Positions 60,539 through 64,000 of a DNA stretch of 64,000 nt are shown here, piece after piece. The stretch spans positions 87,918,001 through 87,982,000 of the forward strand of contig CM059432.1 in NCBI GenBank assembly GCA_030390025.1, in the 5' to 3' direction. The stretch is from Squalus acanthias. Lineage: Eukaryota. Under the pieces are notes generated by a model. That model was not told the origin of the DNA. It made no database searches and saw nothing but the letters and a program-made list of their open reading frames with translations. Numbering within the stretch: position 1 is the stretch's first letter; each line of letters opens with the position of its first letter. Made by a program: the position numbers and the translations under genes.

Positions 60539-61690
60539 ATGGATGCCGCTTATACTGTCTCACCTTGGTCCTCAGAATCGGACCAAGATGAGGCCCACCA
60601 CCAACAGCAGCAGCAACAACTACAACACCAACCTTCTCCTCAACGACCTGATGCTCCACAGGAGAGAGGGGGCACCACAGGGCTGCAGCACACCGGAGGT
60701 GATACCCCCAACACAGGATATACAGGCAGAGGATGAGCTTCCTCAACATGACTGAGCAGCAGTGCTTCAGGAGGCTCAGGCTATCGAGCCAGGTCGTCGC
60801 AGACATTTGTAGTTTGCTGGAACAAGACCTGCTGCCCAGAGGACCTGGTGGACACTCCTTACCAGTGGCTGTCAATGTCACCACTGCCGTCAACTTCTTC
60901 ACCTCAGGCTCCTTCCAGGGATCTGCAGCAGACATTTGCGGGATCTCGCAGTTAGCCGCCCACAGATGCATCATCCAGGTGACTGATGCCCTGTTTTTCA
61001 AGTCAGCCAATTATGTCAACTTTGCCACTGATGAGGCCAGTGTTACTGAGCGGGCACTCGGCTTTGCTGCTCTGACTGACTTCCCACAGGTGCAGGACGT
61101 CATCGATTGCACACATGTGGCCATCAAAGCACCCCCTCATCACCCAGGAGTATATGTGAACTGCAAGGGCTTCCACTCCCTCAATGTGCAGCTTGTCTGC
61201 AACCATAAAAAGATAATCATGCATGTGTGCGCCAGATTCCCTGGCAGCTGTCATGACTCTTTCGTCCTGCGCCAGTCCACCCTCCCTCAGCTTTTCACAC
61301 CTCCAAACACACTTACCAGCTGGCTGCGTGGAGACAAGGGCTATCCACTGAAGACGTGGCTCATGACACCCTCGAGGACGCCAAGTACTGAGGCCAAGGA
61401 GCGTTATAATGAAAGTCACATGTCGACCAGATGTGTCATAGAGCAAACAATAGGCATGCTGAAGATGCACTTCAGATGCCTTGACAGATTTGGAGGAGCA
61501 TTTCAGTACGCTCCAGCAATGGTCTCCAGAATCATCGTCATTTGCTGCAAGGATTGGAGCTGCAGGAGGAGCAAGGCTCAGAGCGCACAGCCTCTTTAGA
61601 GGAGGAGGAGGAGGAACCTGAGGTGGAGATGGCACCAGCAGCAGCGCACATTGTTGCCCAGGAGGCCCGGGTTGGCCTCATCATGGCCAG
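60539..61690 (+). pseudogene. Harbinger transposase (288-aa open core 60733-61599)
   Basis: [48 protein letters not shown]; frameshifts at both termini. Confidence 0.9.
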
Positions 61691-61985
61691 ATTTACTTAA
61701 CTTACTCCAATCCACCCATATGGTTGCCACATGCTGTATAAGTCCCCCCCACCCCTCCATAAAGTATCCCTACAATGAACAAGCTATTCCTCTCACCCAA
61801 ACCCCCAGTGCTCAAGGTTATGTAATGTCTCACCACTCACTCCAAGTGACAAAACCACTTCCAAGGTAGCAGGCAAAAATTGACAAGACCGGAAAGTGGT
61901 GCAAATACATTTATCTGTGTCAGCAAAATAACTGAAACTTACCACTAACATTTTTTCATACACCCATGTGCATCCCCTTGTGCAT

Positions 61986-63265
61986 CTACTTTTGTGTCAT
62001 TTTTCTTTTCCGAGTGCTTCTATGAGATGCAACCCTTGTGGCTTCAGCAGAGGTAGAGGCAGGCTGCTCACTTCCCTGCTGCGACTGGTTAGACCCTTTT
62101 GGCGGACGTCCTCTGGGTTTTGGAGCCTGTGATGGCCTCGCCCAAGTCTGCTCCTCTTGCGACTGTGCAGGGGCAGACTCGGCCATCGGGATCTGAGGAA
62201 ACATGTGGGGCTCTGACTGAGGGGGAGGCAATAGGATAGAAGTGTGAGCGCTTTGAAAAGGGCCCCCACTTCCATGTCCCCTCTCACCATCATCTCTCTC
62301 ATGGGCCACTCGCACTTCCCTGCTAGCAAGAAGCTGGAGAGCACCTTGCTGCACAGCAGTGGGGCGATGAACACCCAAGTCGATGTTTACATCCCTCCTA
62401 GAGAGGAGGTCTATGAATGCCTGCCACAGATAGTATGTGCTCATGTGACTGACGCATTAGCTGCTCCATGCAGGTGGCCATCCTTTCCATGGAACAGCAC
62501 ATCGTCGCCATCGCCTGCGAGATGGTGGTGCTCATGTTGGAGATGGACTCCTCCATTCTCTGAACATTTGCAGACATCATGGCTGCAAACGATGCCAGAG
62601 CCTCATGCAATTGTTGCTGCCCCTCCAAGATCACCCTCTTTCTCGATGGCCCCCGAGGCTCAGCATCTGCATCCAGCTCAGCAAAGCTTGGAGCATCCTG
62701 TGCCCTCCGGCGAGGAGTCTCCACTCCTGTCCCTGTCAACATCACCTGCTCTTGCTCACTTGTGAAGTGTGAGACACCAGGTAACAACTCTACTCTATCT
62801 CGCACAGGACCCACCGAGGTGTGCGTATCTGCGCTGGTGCTGGGTGCCCTTGGGTCTGCTGCCGATGCACCCTCAGAGGCTGGAGATTCCTCTGAGGAGT
62901 TGTCTTCCTCCTCCGGCTGGACAGTGTCCGGGGCGGGTGGGGGGAGGGGGGGTGGTGGTACTTGATGGACCTGTGGGAGAGTAATGAGATGATTTAGAAG
63001 TGTTATGTTAAGAATGGGTTACGTTACCATTATGCACATGATGAAAATTCACTGGCTGCTGACATCAGTCACCATATGAGTGACTGTTGTGCCATGTGAC
63101 TGTATGAGATGTGATTCTGTCACCATTTGTTGGGATATCCTCCTCTCTCCGTCTCCAACCGCCAGCAGCTCTGCAACTCCTGATATGTCCAGGGCCCCCT
63201 ACTCTGCTGGAGTCAGTTGCATGAATACTGGAGGGCCACTCCCGCACCTTCTGTGCTCTTTTCTC
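61986..63265 (-). pseudogene. Harbinger Myb/SANT gene, exons 2 (63124-63265) and 3 (from 62970), decayed
   Basis: Homologous to 17230-18567 with the same splice sites; in-frame stop and frameshifts. Confidence 0.8.
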
Positions 63266-63445
63266 CTGCAAGGATGGAAAAAAGAGAAGTTTGAGTGACT
63301 GTGATGGAATGAGTGTAAGGAATGGATGGGTTACATCTGTAGAGGGTGACTATGAGGGAGTGGGGTGCCAATGCCAAATGGCCTCTTTCTGTGGTGTTAC
63401 TTGCTATGATTGCATTAGGATGAGGGTGAGTGTCAGGGGTGGTTA

Positions 63446-64000
63446 GTCATCGAGTCATAGAGCCATAGAGTCATAACGGCACAGAAGGAGGCCATTCGGC
63501 CCATTGAGTCTGTGCCGGCTCTCTGTACAGCAATCCAGTCAGTCCCATTACCCCGCTCTATCCCCGTAGCCCTGCAAGTTTATTTCCCTCAAGTGCCTAT
63601 CCAGTCTCCCCTTGAAAACATTGAGTGTCTCCGCTTCCATCACTTCCGTTGGCAGCGAATTCCAGGTCAGCACCACTTGTTGTGTAAAAAAGTTTTTCCT
63701 CACGTACCCCCTGTATCTCTTGCCCAAAACCTTAAATCTGTGTCCCCTAGTCCTTGTACCATCAACTACTGGGAACAGCCTTTCCCCGTCTAGCCTATCC
63801 AAACCCGTCATAATCTTGTACACCTCTATCACCCCTCAACCTCCTTTGCTTTAATGAAAACAAATCCAGCTTCTCCAACCTGTCCTTGTAGCTAAGATCC
63901 CGCATCCCCGGAACCATTCTGGTAAATCTCCTCTGCACCCTCTCAAGTGCCTTCACGTCCTTCCTAAAGTGTGGTGACCAGAACTGGATGCAATACTCCA
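63446..64000 (-). mobile_element. CR1 3' part (runs off window)
   Basis: IEVYKIMTGLDRLDGERLFP...RGHRFK; tail gagtcatagagccatagagtcat. Confidence 0.92.

Larger units (their letters stand above)
59993..63445. mobile_element. Near-complete two-gene Harbinger transposon (convergent transposase and Myb/SANT), cut by a CR1 at right
   Basis: Left end GGCGGAATTT; transposase on +, Myb exons 2-3 on -. Confidence 0.85.

Overview
Repeat-rich vertebrate genomic DNA, most likely from a cartilaginous fish (inferred from SacSINE1/DeuSINE-like, LF-SINE-like and abundant CR1 repeats). One host gene is present: a complete PI15-like CAP-superfamily gene on +. Its coding exons are 691-960, 28299-28417, 32755-32887, 32988-33103 and 41446-41581, joined by GT-AG introns into 257 aa. 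Most other recognisable sequence is transposon-derived: many CR1 LINEs (one with an unbroken 660-aa RT ORF), an L2, another non-LTR LINE, SINEs and Penelope-like elements with hammerhead-ribozyme motifs. There is also a dense PIF/Harbinger community: three transposase copies, several intron-containing Myb/SANT partner genes and about ten CpG-rich MITE-like derivatives. These share GG(G/C)-N3-RAAWTT-like termini and 3-bp all-A/T target-site duplications. The most striking unexplained signal is that these MITEs carry housekeeping-promoter motifs (NRF1, ETS, CCAAT, E-box, CRE, YY1, TATA-like) followed by repeated consensus splice donors. Two different MITE families also occupy the same base of the same L2 tail. 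All comparisons were made by eye; repeat boundaries are approximate unless a TSD is quoted.
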